Assembly (NCBI GenBank): GCA_963702005.1
Contig: OY969696.1
Location: forward strand, 3,744,001-3,808,000
Reading direction: 5' to 3'
DNA from: Candidatus Aminicenantes bacterium
GTDB taxonomy: Bacteria; Acidobacteriota; Aminicenantia; Aminicenantales; JAFGBC01
DNA length: 64,000 bases
The translations under genes were made by a program, and so were the position numbers. The number at the start of each line of letters is the position of its first letter. Positions within the stretch are counted from its first letter, which is position 1. The notes under the pieces were generated by a model, which saw only the letters and a program-made list of their open reading frames with translations, was not told the DNA's origin and did no database searches. Shown here one piece after another: positions 48,454 through 59,127 of this stretch.

Positions 48454-49740
48454 ATGGTGATTCCAAAAAAGGTCTTGGCTATTTCCACCCTGATCATCGT
48501 CGTCGCGGTGCTCGCTTATCTTTTCTTTTTCACCAAGACGGCGACAAAAAACGAAGGATCCGCGGCCTCCCCCGCCGTCGCGGCCGGAGACAACCCGGTC
48601 TCCGGAGGACAAAATCCCCAAGACAAGGCCGAGGCGGCGCCGATACCGGTCAAAGCCGTCCCGGTCAGGCGCGGCGATCTCGTCATTAAGCTTAAATCCC
48701 CGGGCGAGGCGTTCACGGACAGGATGATCGCGGTCAAAGCCGAGGTGGGGGGCGTGGTCAAGAACCTGATCGCCTCGGAAGGCCGCCATGTCAAACAGGA
48801 TGATATCCTCCTCGAGCTCGAGGACCGGGAATACCGGCTGGCCCTGGAAAAAGCGGACGCGCTCCGCTTGAAATACCTCTCCGACCTCTATCTCGAAAAA
48901 ATATTCACGCCGGCCTCCCCCGAAACGGACCCGGCCAAACTCGAAAAGCTCAAGAACAGCGAGGCCGCCTTCCGCAGGGCCGCCGAATCCCTCCGCCAGG
49001 GTCTCATCTCTCAGGAGGCCTACGAAAAAGCCCAGAAAGATTATGAACTGGCCCTGATCGAAACCGGCCAAAAAAAAGAGGAGATCATGGCCGCCTCCAA
49101 GGGGCTGACCCAGGCGGAGATCGACGTCAAGATTGCCGGGCTGCAGCTCGCCAAGACGATCATCCGGGCTCCGTTCGCGGGCATCATCACCGACATTAAG
49201 ATTTCTCCGCGGGAGCACATAGACGCCGGCCGCGAGCTTTTCAGCTTGGTCGATATCAGCCGGATCCGGGTCAAGGCCAAAGTCCTCGAAAGCGAGGTCG
49301 GCAAAATCAAAACGGGCCGAAGCGTCGACCTCCGCTTCAGCGCTTACCCGGGCGAAGTCTTTCCGGGAACGGTGGAAGCGATCGCCCCGATCGTCAGCGC
49401 CGAGGACAAAACCTGCGCCGTCCATATCTCGATGCGGAACCCGACCGAGGAGATCAAGCCGGGCATGCACGCCGAGGTGGAAATCGCCGCGGAGATCTAT
49501 CCCAACAGACTGCTCGTGCCCCAGGCTGCGATTCTGGTTCGCGGCGGCCGCAAGCTGGTGTTCGTGGTCGATAACGGCCTGGCCAAATGGCGCTATGTCA
49601 CGATCGGGATCGAAAACGAGGATTTCGCCGAGATCCTTCCCTCGGACCGGCCCGAGGAGACGGTCAAGGAAGGCGACTTGGTCATCACCGAAGGCCACTT
49701 CACGCTGGCCCATGACGCCCGCGTCGCGGTCAAAGACTAG
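48454..49740 (+). CDS. RND efflux periplasmic adaptor (MFP)
   Basis: N-terminal TM, IRAPFAGII, IKPGMHA, VPQAAI. Confidence 0.93.
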   Translation: MVIPKKVLAISTLIIVVAVLAYLFFFTKTATKNEGSAASPAVAAGDNPVSGGQNPQDKAEAAPIPVKAVPVRRGDLVIKLKSPGEAFTDRMIAVKAEVGGVVKNLIASEGRHVKQDDILLELEDREYRLALEKADALRLKYLSDLYLEKIFTPASPETDPAKLEKLKNSEAAFRRAAESLRQGLISQEAYEKAQKDYELALIETGQKKEEIMAASKGLTQAEIDVKIAGLQLAKTIIRAPFAGIITDIKISPREHIDAGRELFSLVDISRIRVKAKVLESEVGKIKTGRSVDLRFSAYPGEVFPGTVEAIAPIVSAEDKTCAVHISMRNPTEEIKPGMHAEVEIAAEIYPNRLLVPQAAILVRGGRKLVFVVDNGLAKWRYVTIGIENEDFAEILPSDRPEETVKEGDLVITEGHFTLAHDARVAVKD

Positions 49741-49751
49741 CCGGCCCCGAC

Positions 49752-52700
49752 ATGAAAATCGCCCGCCTGGCCATCGACCGGCCCGTGACGACCTTCATGT
49801 TCTACCTGGCCGTCGTCCTGCTCGGGTTCATCTCTCTGCGGCAGCTGAGCGTCGACCTCCTGCCCAATATCGCCTACCCGCGCCTCTCGGTCATGACCCA
49901 GTATCCGGGCGTCGCGCCCGAGGAAATCGAAACCCTCGTTTCGGAGCCGCTCGAGGCGGCCGTCAGCCGGGTCCCGGGACTGCGGCGCGTGGAGTCCGTC
50001 TCCAAGGAAGGCGTCTCGTTCCTGACCCTGGAGTTCGCCTGGGGCACGGACATGGATTTCACCATGCTCCACACGCGGGAGGCGCTGAACAATGCGCGCG
50101 AGATTCTGCCCGAGGGCGCCGAGAACCCGGCCATCATTCCCATGGACCCCCAGAGCAAGCCGATCATGGTCCTGGCCATCTCCGGCGAGGGCCGTCTTTT
50201 GGACCTCAAGGAGTTCAGCCAGGAGCTGGTCAAGCCCCGGCTGGAGCAGATCGAGGGGATCGGCTCGGCGGACGTCACGGGAGGGGTCGAGCGTGAAATC
50301 CGGGTGGAGCTCAACCCGCAGCTTCTGGCGCTCTACGGCTTGACGGTCAACGACGTGGCGTCCCGGATCGACGCCTTCAACCGCAACCTCCAGGGCGGGA
50401 CGGTCCGCAAGGGCATGTTTGAGTACGCCATCCGCGTCGTCGGCGAATACGAGTCGCTTAAGGAAATCGGGGAGATCAGCCTGAAAATGACCAGGGATAA
50501 GGGGGTCGTTCGCCTCAGGGACATCGCCCTCATCGACGATTCCTTGAAAGAGCGGCAGGGCGTCACCCGCCTCGACCGGAAGGAGAGCATCGGCCTTCTC
50601 GTCCGCAAGGAAGCCGGGGCCAATACGGTCAAGGTCACCCGCCTGGCCAAGCAGGTCATCGACCAGATCAGGAAGGAAAACCCCGACATCAACATCTTCA
50701 TCGTGTCCGAGCAGGCGGGCTACATCGAGTCGGTCATCAAGGCCGTCAAGGACGAGATCTTCCAGGGCGCCATCCTCGTCTTCCTGATTGTCTTTATCTT
50801 CCTCCAGGAATGGAAATCGCCCCTCATCATCAACATCGTCATCCCCATCTCGATCATCGCCACCTTCAACCTCCTCTATTTCGGCAACATCACCCTCAAC
50901 ATCATGTCGCTGGGCGGGCTGGCCTTGGGGGTGGGCATGCTCGACGACTGCGCGGATGTCGTCTCGGAAAACATCTTCCGACACCGGAGCCTGGGGAAAC
51001 GTCCGGCCGAAGCGGCCTATATCGGTACCAAGGAAGTCGGCGGAGCGGTTGCGGCCACGGCCTTGACGACGATCGTGGTTTTTTTGCCGATCATCTATGT
51101 CCATGGAATCGCCGGGCCCCTCTTCAAGGACGCGGCGCTGACCGTGACGTTTTCCCTGCTCGCCTCCCTTATCTGCGCGCTGACGCTCCTTCCCATGCTT
51201 CAGGCCCGTAAGCTGAAGTGGGGCGTCGCGGATCTCGGAGCGGGCGGAAGCCCGAAGGACAAATCGATTAAGCGTCCGGAGCCGGGAAAGAATCTTCATC
51301 CCCTGCTTCGCGCCTATCGAGGAGTCCGCCGGATCCTTTCCAAAGCCGGGCGGGGGGTATATCGCCTCGTGGACATCATCGTCAGCTTTGTGATGCAATG
51401 GCTGGCCTTCGTCTTCCGCGTCCTGGCATTCCCCTTCAAGCCCGTCATCCGGACCGTCTTCCGCGGCTTCAACTCCGTTTACCGGCCTTTTATCACGCGT
51501 TACAGGGGTTGGCTCGTCTGGAGCCTCGACCACAAAAGCAGAATCGCCGTCGCCTCGCTGATCTTTTTCGCCGTCACCTTCGCCATCGGCGGCCTGCTGC
51601 CCCGGGAGCACATGCCGCCCATCAAGGCCACCTCGTTCGAGCTTCAGATGAGAACGCCGGTCGATTATTCCTTGGAGCAGACGGGCGTCGTCGTGGCTTC
51701 TCTGGAGCAATTCCTCCAGACGGTCCAGCCGGTCCAGGTCACCTTCTCGCAGATCGGGATCGTGAGCGGCATGGAAAGCCTGGACCTGGGGGCTTCCCTC
51801 AACTCCGCCCGCGTATTTGTCAGGGTCAAGAATCCTTCGGACCTGGAGCCGACGCTGGAGAGCCTGCGCCGCCGCCTGGCCGATTTCCCGGATATCTCCT
51901 ACACCGTCGCCCGCGAGGAATCGGCCCTGACCGAATTCCTGGCGTTTTCGACGGGCCAGGTCGGCCTCAAGATCCAGGGCAGCGACCTCGACAAGCTGGA
52001 GGAGATTTCCCGGGACCTGGTCGCCCGGCTGAAACGAGTCAAGGGCGTCGTCGACATCAGCACCAACGTCGGCGAAGGGAAACCCGAATTCCGCGTCTCC
52101 ATCAAGAAAGAGGCCCTGGCCAAGTATCCGAACCTATCCCCGAGCGTTCTGGGCGACTTTCTGGTCGGCGCCGTCCGGGGGAAAAAGGCCACCGATTTCA
52201 ACGAGATGGAGAAAAAATACGACGTCCTGGTGCGCCTGGGGCAGGGCTCGAGGGCGACCGTCGCATCGCTCCTCGACAGTCCCTTCCCCTACGCCGGAAC
52301 CCTCATTCCCTTGCGGGACCTGGTGACGGTCGAGCCGGCGCGCGGGCCGCGGGAGATCCGGCGCGAGAACCAGCAGAGGGAAATCCTGGTCACCGCCAAC
52401 CTCCACCAGGCCAAGATCAGTCAAGTCATCCCGGCCATCAACGAACAAATCAGGAAGCTGGCCCTTCCCGAAGGCTATCAGATCGCCTACGGCGGCGAGC
52501 AAGAAGAAATGAGCAAATCCTTCAAAAGCCTTTTTCTGGCCCTGATCCTGGCCGTCATCCTGACCTACATGATCATGGCCGCCCAGTTCGAGTCGCTGCT
52601 CCATCCCTTCCTGGTCATGCTGACCCTGCCCATGGGCGCTGCCGGCGCTTTTGTCTCCCTCCTCATCGGCGGCCAGACCCTCAACGTCATGTCCATCATC

Positions 52701-53060
52701 GGCATGGTCGTCCTGGTCGGCCTGGTCGTGGACGACGCCATCGTCGAGGTCGATTTCATCAACCAGTTACGGCGAAGCGGGAAGGCACTGCGCGAATCCG
52801 TGGTCGAGGGCTGTATGACCCGGCTGCGGGCCATCCTGATGGCGTCGCTGGACACGGTCTTCGGCCTCATCCCGATGGCCCTCGGCTTGGAGCGGGGGTC
52901 GGAGCTCCTCAAGCCGCTGGGCATCGTGGTGGCCGGAGGCCTCCTCTTCTCCACCTTCCTGACGCTGATCTTGATCCCGGTCGTCTACGAGGCCGTGGAG
53001 GGAATCAAAGACCGCAGAGCGGCCGGCTCCCGTACGGCTCCGGAGACCGCCCGGCCTTAG
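49752..53060 (+). CDS. RND permease (AcrB/AcrD/AcrF family)
   Basis: RPVTT, VDLLP, APEEIE, LNIMSLGGLALGVG, AQFESLLHP, PLGIVVAGGL. Confidence 0.95.
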   Translation: MKIARLAIDRPVTTFMFYLAVVLLGFISLRQLSVDLLPNIAYPRLSVMTQYPGVAPEEIETLVSEPLEAAVSRVPGLRRVESVSKEGVSFLTLEFAWGTDMDFTMLHTREALNNAREILPEGAENPAIIPMDPQSKPIMVLAISGEGRLLDLKEFSQELVKPRLEQIEGIGSADVTGGVEREIRVELNPQLLALYGLTVNDVASRIDAFNRNLQGGTVRKGMFEYAIRVVGEYESLKEIGEISLKMTRDKGVVRLRDIALIDDSLKERQGVTRLDRKESIGLLVRKEAGANTVKVTRLAKQVIDQIRKENPDINIFIVSEQAGYIESVIKAVKDEIFQGAILVFLIVFIFLQEWKSPLIINIVIPISIIATFNLLYFGNITLNIMSLGGLALGVGMLDDCADVVSENIFRHRSLGKRPAEAAYIGTKEVGGAVAATALTTIVVFLPIIYVHGIAGPLFKDAALTVTFSLLASLICALTLLPMLQARKLKWGVADLGAGGSPKDKSIKRPEPGKNLHPLLRAYRGVRRILSKAGRGVYRLVDIIVSFVMQWLAFVFRVLAFPFKPVIRTVFRGFNSVYRPFITRYRGWLVWSLDHKSRIAVASLIFFAVTFAIGGLLPREHMPPIKATSFELQMRTPVDYSLEQTGVVVASLEQFLQTVQPVQVTFSQIGIVSGMESLDLGASLNSARVFVRVKNPSDLEPTLESLRRRLADFPDISYTVAREESALTEFLAFSTGQVGLKIQGSDLDKLEEISRDLVARLKRVKGVVDISTNVGEGKPEFRVSIKKEALAKYPNLSPSVLGDFLVGAVRGKKATDFNEMEKKYDVLVRLGQGSRATVASLLDSPFPYAGTLIPLRDLVTVEPARGPREIRRENQQREILVTANLHQAKISQVIPAINEQIRKLALPEGYQIAYGGEQEEMSKSFKSLFLALILAVILTYMIMAAQFESLLHPFLVMLTLPMGAAGAFVSLLIGGQTLNVMSIIGMVVLVGLVVDDAIVEVDFINQLRRSGKALRESVVEGCMTRLRAILMASLDTVFGLIPMALGLERGSELLKPLGIVVAGGLLFSTFLTLILIPVVYEAVEGIKDRRAAGSRTAPETARP

Positions 53061-53063
53061 CCC

Positions 53064-56000
53064 ATGTTCAAATTTTTCGTCGAGCGACCGGTCGCCACCT
53101 CGATGCTCTACCTCGCCCTGCTCGTCCTGGGCGTTTACTCGTTCATCAACACCCCTTTGGAGCTGGCGCCCAAGGAGGACTACCCCCAAGTCGATGTCCA
53201 GACCGCCTGGCCCGGCGTCCCGCCCGAGATCGTCCAGACCAAGATCACGGCGCCGATCGAGGAAGCCCTGTCCTCGGTCAAGGGCATCCGCAAGATCAGC
53301 TCGTCCTCCCGGATCGGGTCGTCTCAAATCACGGTCGAATTCGACCCCAAAATCAACATGGAATTCGCCAACCTGGCCCTGCGCGAGGAGATCGCCAAGC
53401 TGCGGCTGAAAAGGGTTCTCCCCTACGGCGTGAGGCCGATCGTTCAGGCTTATATCCCCGAGGATTTCCGGGTGCGGCCGTTCCTGAGCTTTACCATCTC
53501 GGGGGATTATCCGCTTCAAAAGCTCCGCGAGCTGGTCAAGGACAAGATCGTGTTCGGGCTCGGCTCCGTCCGGGGCGTGTCGCGGGTGGAGGTGGACGGC
53601 GGGTCGGACGCCGAAATTCTGGTCAGCCTGGACAAAGACAAGCTGAAGACCTACGCTATTCAACCCTACCAGGTCTTAGCGGCCATCCAGGCCCGGATTC
53701 AAGTTTATCCGGCGGGAAAGATCGTCATGGGGACGCGCGAATTTCTGTTCAAGGTCAGCGACGCGATCGGCGACCTGAGGGAGATGGGGGCGACAATCGT
53801 CGGCGTCAGCGGCCCGAACCCGATCCGGCTCTCCGCCGTCGCCCGCATCACGCCGACCTACGGCGAAGTCTACTCCCTGAACCGGATCAACGGCCGGCCG
53901 ACGATCGGCGTGACGATCGTCAAGGAAAAAGGCGTCAACACGCTGAAGACGGCCGGCGAGGTCAAAAACAGGCTGGCCGGCCTTCGCCGCTCGCTGCCGT
54001 CCGACCTGACCTTCAAGACGGTGGACGACGAGAGCGCCGAGATCCACCGCAACTTGAACGACCTCGCCAAGCTGGCGGCGATCATCACCGCCGTCGTCTT
54101 CCTCATGATCTTCATCGTCCTGAGGCGGGTCGGCCCGTCGCTCCTGATCCTGTCCTCGATCGCCTTCAGCACCGTTATCACCTTCAACCTGATCTACGTC
54201 TTCAAGGTCTCGATGAACATGCTGACCCTGGGGGCCCTGGCGCTTGGGTTCGGCATGTTCGTCGACGATTCGATCGTCGTTTTCGAGAATACACTCCGCC
54301 ACCGGGAGAAAGGGGCCGCGCCGCTCGAGGCAGCCTCGAAAGGACCCCGGGAAGTCTTTGTCGCCGTGCTGGCCTCCACCCTGACCACGATCAGCGTTTT
54401 CGTCTGCTTCCCCTATTTTCAGGGTCGGCTCAAGATCTACTACCTTCCGCTGGCCGTCGTGATTTCGTCGGCGCTGGCCGCCTCGCTCCTGGTCTCGTTC
54501 TCGTTGATTCCGGCCCTCAGCCCTCGATTTCTGCGAAAGACGCGGGTGCGGCCTCCCGCCGCGGCTCGGAAGCGGTTCGAGAGGTTCCTGTCGGCGGTCC
54601 TTCGCCACCCCGTCCCGATCTTGGTCGTTGTCGCTGCCCTTCTCTACGGCAGCTATAAATGGTTCCGGTCCGAGGTCACGATCGGCGAGTGGTTCCGCTG
54701 GTACTCTCAGGAACGGCTCTACGTTTACGTGGGCCTGCCGGCCGGGTCCAACATCGAACAGACCGACACGGTCATCAAGGCCTTTGAGGCCAAAGTTCTG
54801 GACAGCCCCTATCCCAAGGAAATGAACGCCCAGGTCTCGGCCGAAAGCGCCTCCCTGGACATCCGCTTCCCGCCCGACATCGAGCGCTCGTTCCGGCCCT
54901 ATGCGCTCAAGGAGGAGCTCATCCAGCTCGCCACCCAGTTCGCGGGCATCGACGTCTATGTCATGGGATTCGACCCCCAAGGGTATTACTCGAGCATGGG
55001 GACCGGGACTTTCTACAGTTCGCGGATCAAGTTTTACGGCTACAACCTGAAAAAGCTGCGCGAGATCACGTCCGAGCTGGAGAATCAACTTAAACTCAAC
55101 CCCCGCATCAAGGAAGTCCGGACCGTTTCCAGCCGCTTCGAATGGTATCGGGGGGATTCCTTCGAGGACATCCTAAAGATCGACCCGGAAGCCCTGGGCC
55201 GGCACGATATCGATCCCAATGATCTCTACGCCTATCTGAGTGCGTCTCTCCGCGGAGATTTCGGGACGCCGATCAGGCTGATCATGTCCGGCAAGGACAT
55301 GGCCGTCTCCGTGAAGTATCCCCGAGGCCGACCGGACGGACTTGCGCAGTCTCCTCGATACGCTCATCAGGACGCGGGGCGGCGAATATCTTCGCTTGGG
55401 CGAGGTCTCGAGTCTCGAGGAACGGCCGATCGCCGGCTCGATCGACCGCGAGAACCAGCACTTCCAACAGACCGTCATGTGGGAGTTTCGGGGCCCGTCC
55501 AAGGCCGAGGAAAAATTCCGGAAATCGGTCTTTGCCTCGCTTCGGCTCCCGCCGGGCTTTTCGGCGACCATGGATGAGGGTTGGTTCATGACCAAGGAGG
55601 AAAAAGGCCAAATCGGCCTGGCCATCGCTTTTTCCCTGATGTTCATCTTCATGATCCTGGCCGCGCTCTACGAGTCCTTCCTCCACCCGTTTTTCATCAT
55701 GTTGGCCGTGCCGCTGGCCCTGATCGGCGTCTTCGTTGCTTTCGTCATCGCCAAGTATCCGTTCGACAGCTCGGCCTACATCGGCGTCGTTTTGCTGGGG
55801 GGGATCGTCGTCAAGAACGCCATCTTGCTCGTCGATCATATCAACCTGAAGAGGCGGCAAGGCTTGGCCTTGTCCGAGGCCGTGATCGTCGGAACCCAGG
55901 AGCGCATCCGCCCGATCTTCATGACGACCAGCACCACGGTCTTCGGCATGCTGCCCATGCTGCTTTTGCAGGCGGAGTCCGGCGTCAAGCGCCAGATCTG

Positions 56001-56148
56001 GTCCACGCTGGCCCTGTCCACGCTGGGCGGCCTGGTCACCTCGACGATCTTCCTTCTGGTCGTGATCCCGATTTTCTATTTATACGGCGACCGCCTGCGC
56101 GGCTGGGCCGGCAGAACGGTCGCGGAATTGCGGCAGCCGGAAAAATAA
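53064..56148 (+). pseudogene. Second RND permease with a one-base frameshift at 55320-55323 (real or sequencing error)
   Basis: Deleting one C of CCCC joins ...VSVKYP to EADRTDLRSLLDTL... giving a full-length permease. Confidence 0.88.
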
Positions 56149-56248
56149 ACTGCGGATATATCCACATTCCGCTTTTCGACCTGGACATCGCCGTTATTTT
56201 TCTGTATGAATAAGCCGTGTCTGTCCCGGGAGAAAAAGAGGAGGATCC

Positions 56249-57742
56249 ATGAGAAAGCTTTCAGCCCGCCCTGTAATATTCATCGTCCTGGCGTTTATCC
56301 TCGGCACGGCTTCAACCCTCACGGCTGAGAACCGGGGGATTGAACACGGAACCCGCTATGACCGGCTTGTCATCCGCAACGTCATCGTCATCGACGGCAA
56401 GGGCACGCCGCCCCGCGGCCCGTTGGACGTCATCGTCCAGGGCAACCGGATCCAGGCGGTCATGGGCGCGAACGCCGCGCCGGACGCATACAAGGACGAG
56501 AAGCATGTCCTCGACGGCGCGGGCATGTACCTTCTCCCCGGGCTGATCAACAGCCATGTCCACCTCCAGGACGAGCGGGCCGGCATTCCGCAGCCCTTCG
56601 AATATGAATATAAGATCTGGCTGGGCTGCGGCATCACCACGGTCCGCGATGTGGGGAGCGACCCCGTCAAGGCCCTGGCCGAGCGCCGCAAGAGCCAGGA
56701 AGGCGCCATCGTCGCGCCGCGCATTTTTATCTACATGGTCGCCGACGGCCGCACGCCCGAGGAAGGACGCCAAAGCGTCCGGAGCATCAAGGAACGGGGC
56801 GGCGACGGCGTTAAGATCTTCGGGATGGACCGCGATATCATGGCCGCGATCGTCGACGAATCGAAAAAACTGGGCCTCCGGGTGGCCAGCCACGCCGGGG
56901 TCGAGGAGACCGACGCCTGGGACATCGCCTCCCTTGGGGTCACGACGATCGAACACTGGTACGGCGTGCCGGACGCCGCGCTCAACGGTTCGCAGAACTT
57001 CCCGCTCAGCTATAACTACAACAACGAAAACGACCGGTTCCGTTGGGCGGGCCGCTTGTGGCGGGAGGCCGATCCCGTCAAGCTCGATAGGCTTTTAACG
57101 ACGCTGGTCGAAAAGGGCGTGGCCTGGATCCCGACCTTCAGCACCTACGAAGCGTGCCGGGACATCACCCGGGCCAGAAATCTCCCCTGGTTCAAAGACT
57201 ACCTGCATCCGGCCCTGGAGGAGTACTTCAAGCCCAGCCCGGCCCGCCACGGCGCCTTCACCTGGAATTGGTCGACCGAGGATGAAATCTGCTGGAAGGA
57301 AAATTACAGGATCTGGATGAAGGCCGTTCGCGATTTCGCGAACAAGGGCGGCCTGGTCGGCGCGGCCGACGACGCGGGCTTCATCTACACGCTGTACGGA
57401 TTCACGTTCCTCGGCGAACTCGAACTCCTGCAAGAAGCCGGGTTCCACCCGATCGACGTCATCCAGTGCGCCACGGGCAACAACGCCAAGATCCTGGGGA
57501 TGGAGAATCAGCTAGGCCGGGTCCGCCAGGGATTTCTGGCCGACTTGATCCTCATCGACGAGAATCCGCTCCAAAACTTGAAGTTCCTCTATCCGACCGG
57601 CGTCCTCGACATCAAGGACGGGAAGCTCGTCCAGCGCGGCGGCGTGAAGTGGACGATCAAGGACGGGATCGTCTACAGCACCCCGACGCTGCTCAAGGAT
57701 GTGACCGCCATGGTGGCCAAGGCGCGGGCGGCGAGGCGGTAG
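56249..57742 (+). CDS. Exported amidohydrolase family protein
   Basis: LPGLINSHVH, GITTVRDVG, VKI, EH, ATGNNA, G..ADLIL. Confidence 0.9.
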   Translation: MRKLSARPVIFIVLAFILGTASTLTAENRGIEHGTRYDRLVIRNVIVIDGKGTPPRGPLDVIVQGNRIQAVMGANAAPDAYKDEKHVLDGAGMYLLPGLINSHVHLQDERAGIPQPFEYEYKIWLGCGITTVRDVGSDPVKALAERRKSQEGAIVAPRIFIYMVADGRTPEEGRQSVRSIKERGGDGVKIFGMDRDIMAAIVDESKKLGLRVASHAGVEETDAWDIASLGVTTIEHWYGVPDAALNGSQNFPLSYNYNNENDRFRWAGRLWREADPVKLDRLLTTLVEKGVAWIPTFSTYEACRDITRARNLPWFKDYLHPALEEYFKPSPARHGAFTWNWSTEDEICWKENYRIWMKAVRDFANKGGLVGAADDAGFIYTLYGFTFLGELELLQEAGFHPIDVIQCATGNNAKILGMENQLGRVRQGFLADLILIDENPLQNLKFLYPTGVLDIKDGKLVQRGGVKWTIKDGIVYSTPTLLKDVTAMVAKARAARR

Positions 57743-57841
57743 GCGACGCCTAAACGGGATTATTAGGCGGTCGGATTTTGAGTCAGGAGTGTTTTCGCTC
57801 TCTCGATCTGGCGCCGGACCATATCGGGATGGGTTGAACCC

Positions 57842-57860
57842 GTCGTGTGTCCCCGGAATT
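57842..57860. repeat. Half copy of family C element
   Basis: gtcgtgtgtccccggaatt, 22 bp before ATG 57883. Confidence 0.75.
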
Positions 57861-57882
57861 CTTGGTATTATAGTAGAAGGGC

Positions 57883-59118
57883 ATGAAACGGACGACCGCG
57901 CTCCTCCTCCTGACGGCTCTCTCCCTGCTGGGGCTGAGCCTGATGCATCTCGTCCACGGCTCGTTCCACCACGACTCCTTCGCCTATCTCGTCACGGCCG
58001 AGCATTTTCTGGGTCGGACGGACCTCGTCGACGCCCGGCGGATCACCCTCTTCATATTCGTCCTGATGCCCTTCGCCGGACGTCCGGCGCTTCTCTATTT
58101 CTTCCTGGCGGCCGTCGCCTGGGCTTCTTTATTCGTCGTCTCCAGGATTGTCGATGTCTTCGGGCCGCGCTCCTCGCTTCACTATCTCCTCTTCCTCATC
58201 CCCTCCTACACGACCTATCTCATGACCTCGGTCCTCCAAGAAGGCCCGGCTCTGCTCCTGTCGGCGCTGGCCGTCTATGTTCTGCTGAAGAAACGGTACC
58301 CGGCGGCGATTGCTCTCTTGGCGCTTTGTGTTTTCGTCCGTCCCGCCATGTCGGCCATAGTTCCCGGCTTCTTCCTTGCGCTCCTGTTCTATAAACACCT
58401 CAATGATGATGTCCGGAGCGGAAGGCGCTTGGCCGAACTCGTCCGCCGTAAGGCCGCCGGACTTATCCGCGACGGCTTGATCTGCGGCCTCGGCTTCCTC
58501 GGAGCGTCCGCCCTGTGCGCGGCGCCGCTTTTATTACTGACGCCGGACCCGTTCATCTCGTTCAAAATCCTGTCCGGCGTCTACATTAGGGACAATTTAA
58601 TGCGGCTCGCTTTTCCCCTCCTTTGGCTTTCGCTTTTCGGCGTCCTTCTCGTCCCCCTCGTCCTTTACGCCTTCTATTCTTTGTATAAGACCCGCCGGGC
58701 CGTCTTCCTCTTTTTGGCGCTCATGTTTCTTCCCTACTTGGCCGCCGTCTGGTATCAGGCCAATATCCGCTATCTCATCTATCTCATAATTCCGATGGCG
58801 GTCGCCTTCTCGACCGTACCCTTCCCGTCGTGGAAACCGCGGATCCGAGCGGCCGCGCTCGCGCTCTGCGTTCTCTCGTTTCTCTATCCTTACGGCCCGT
58901 TCGTCTATTACTATGATTACCAGCAAGGCCGCCGCATCCTGAGCGTCTCGGCCAAGCCTTACATTTATTTCGATTCGGAATACAAAGGGCGCCAGTACCG
59001 GGAGCTTCGTCGCCTGATAGGAGCGAAGGTGCTCACAACCGAGGAGCGGATGCTTCTCGATTCCTACGCAGGCTCCCCTATCTTAGATTACCTGCGCCGA
59101 CACCCCGAAAATTGGTAA
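57883..59118 (+). CDS. Polytopic membrane protein, possibly GT-C-fold glycosyltransferase
   Basis: About 10 TM helices, D..Y after TM1, E-G-P, RP and RY motifs; function is inference. Confidence 0.55.
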   Translation: MKRTTALLLLTALSLLGLSLMHLVHGSFHHDSFAYLVTAEHFLGRTDLVDARRITLFIFVLMPFAGRPALLYFFLAAVAWASLFVVSRIVDVFGPRSSLHYLLFLIPSYTTYLMTSVLQEGPALLLSALAVYVLLKKRYPAAIALLALCVFVRPAMSAIVPGFFLALLFYKHLNDDVRSGRRLAELVRRKAAGLIRDGLICGLGFLGASALCAAPLLLLTPDPFISFKILSGVYIRDNLMRLAFPLLWLSLFGVLLVPLVLYAFYSLYKTRRAVFLFLALMFLPYLAAVWYQANIRYLIYLIIPMAVAFSTVPFPSWKPRIRAAALALCVLSFLYPYGPFVYYYDYQQGRRILSVSAKPYIYFDSEYKGRQYRELRRLIGAKVLTTEERMLLDSYAGSPILDYLRRHPENW

Positions 59119-59127
59119 AATAGATCC

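Noticed and set aside
55320-55323. Programmed frameshift or phase variation in the RND gene
   Set aside because: Only a C4 run with no slippery heptamer; simple indel or sequencing error is more likely.
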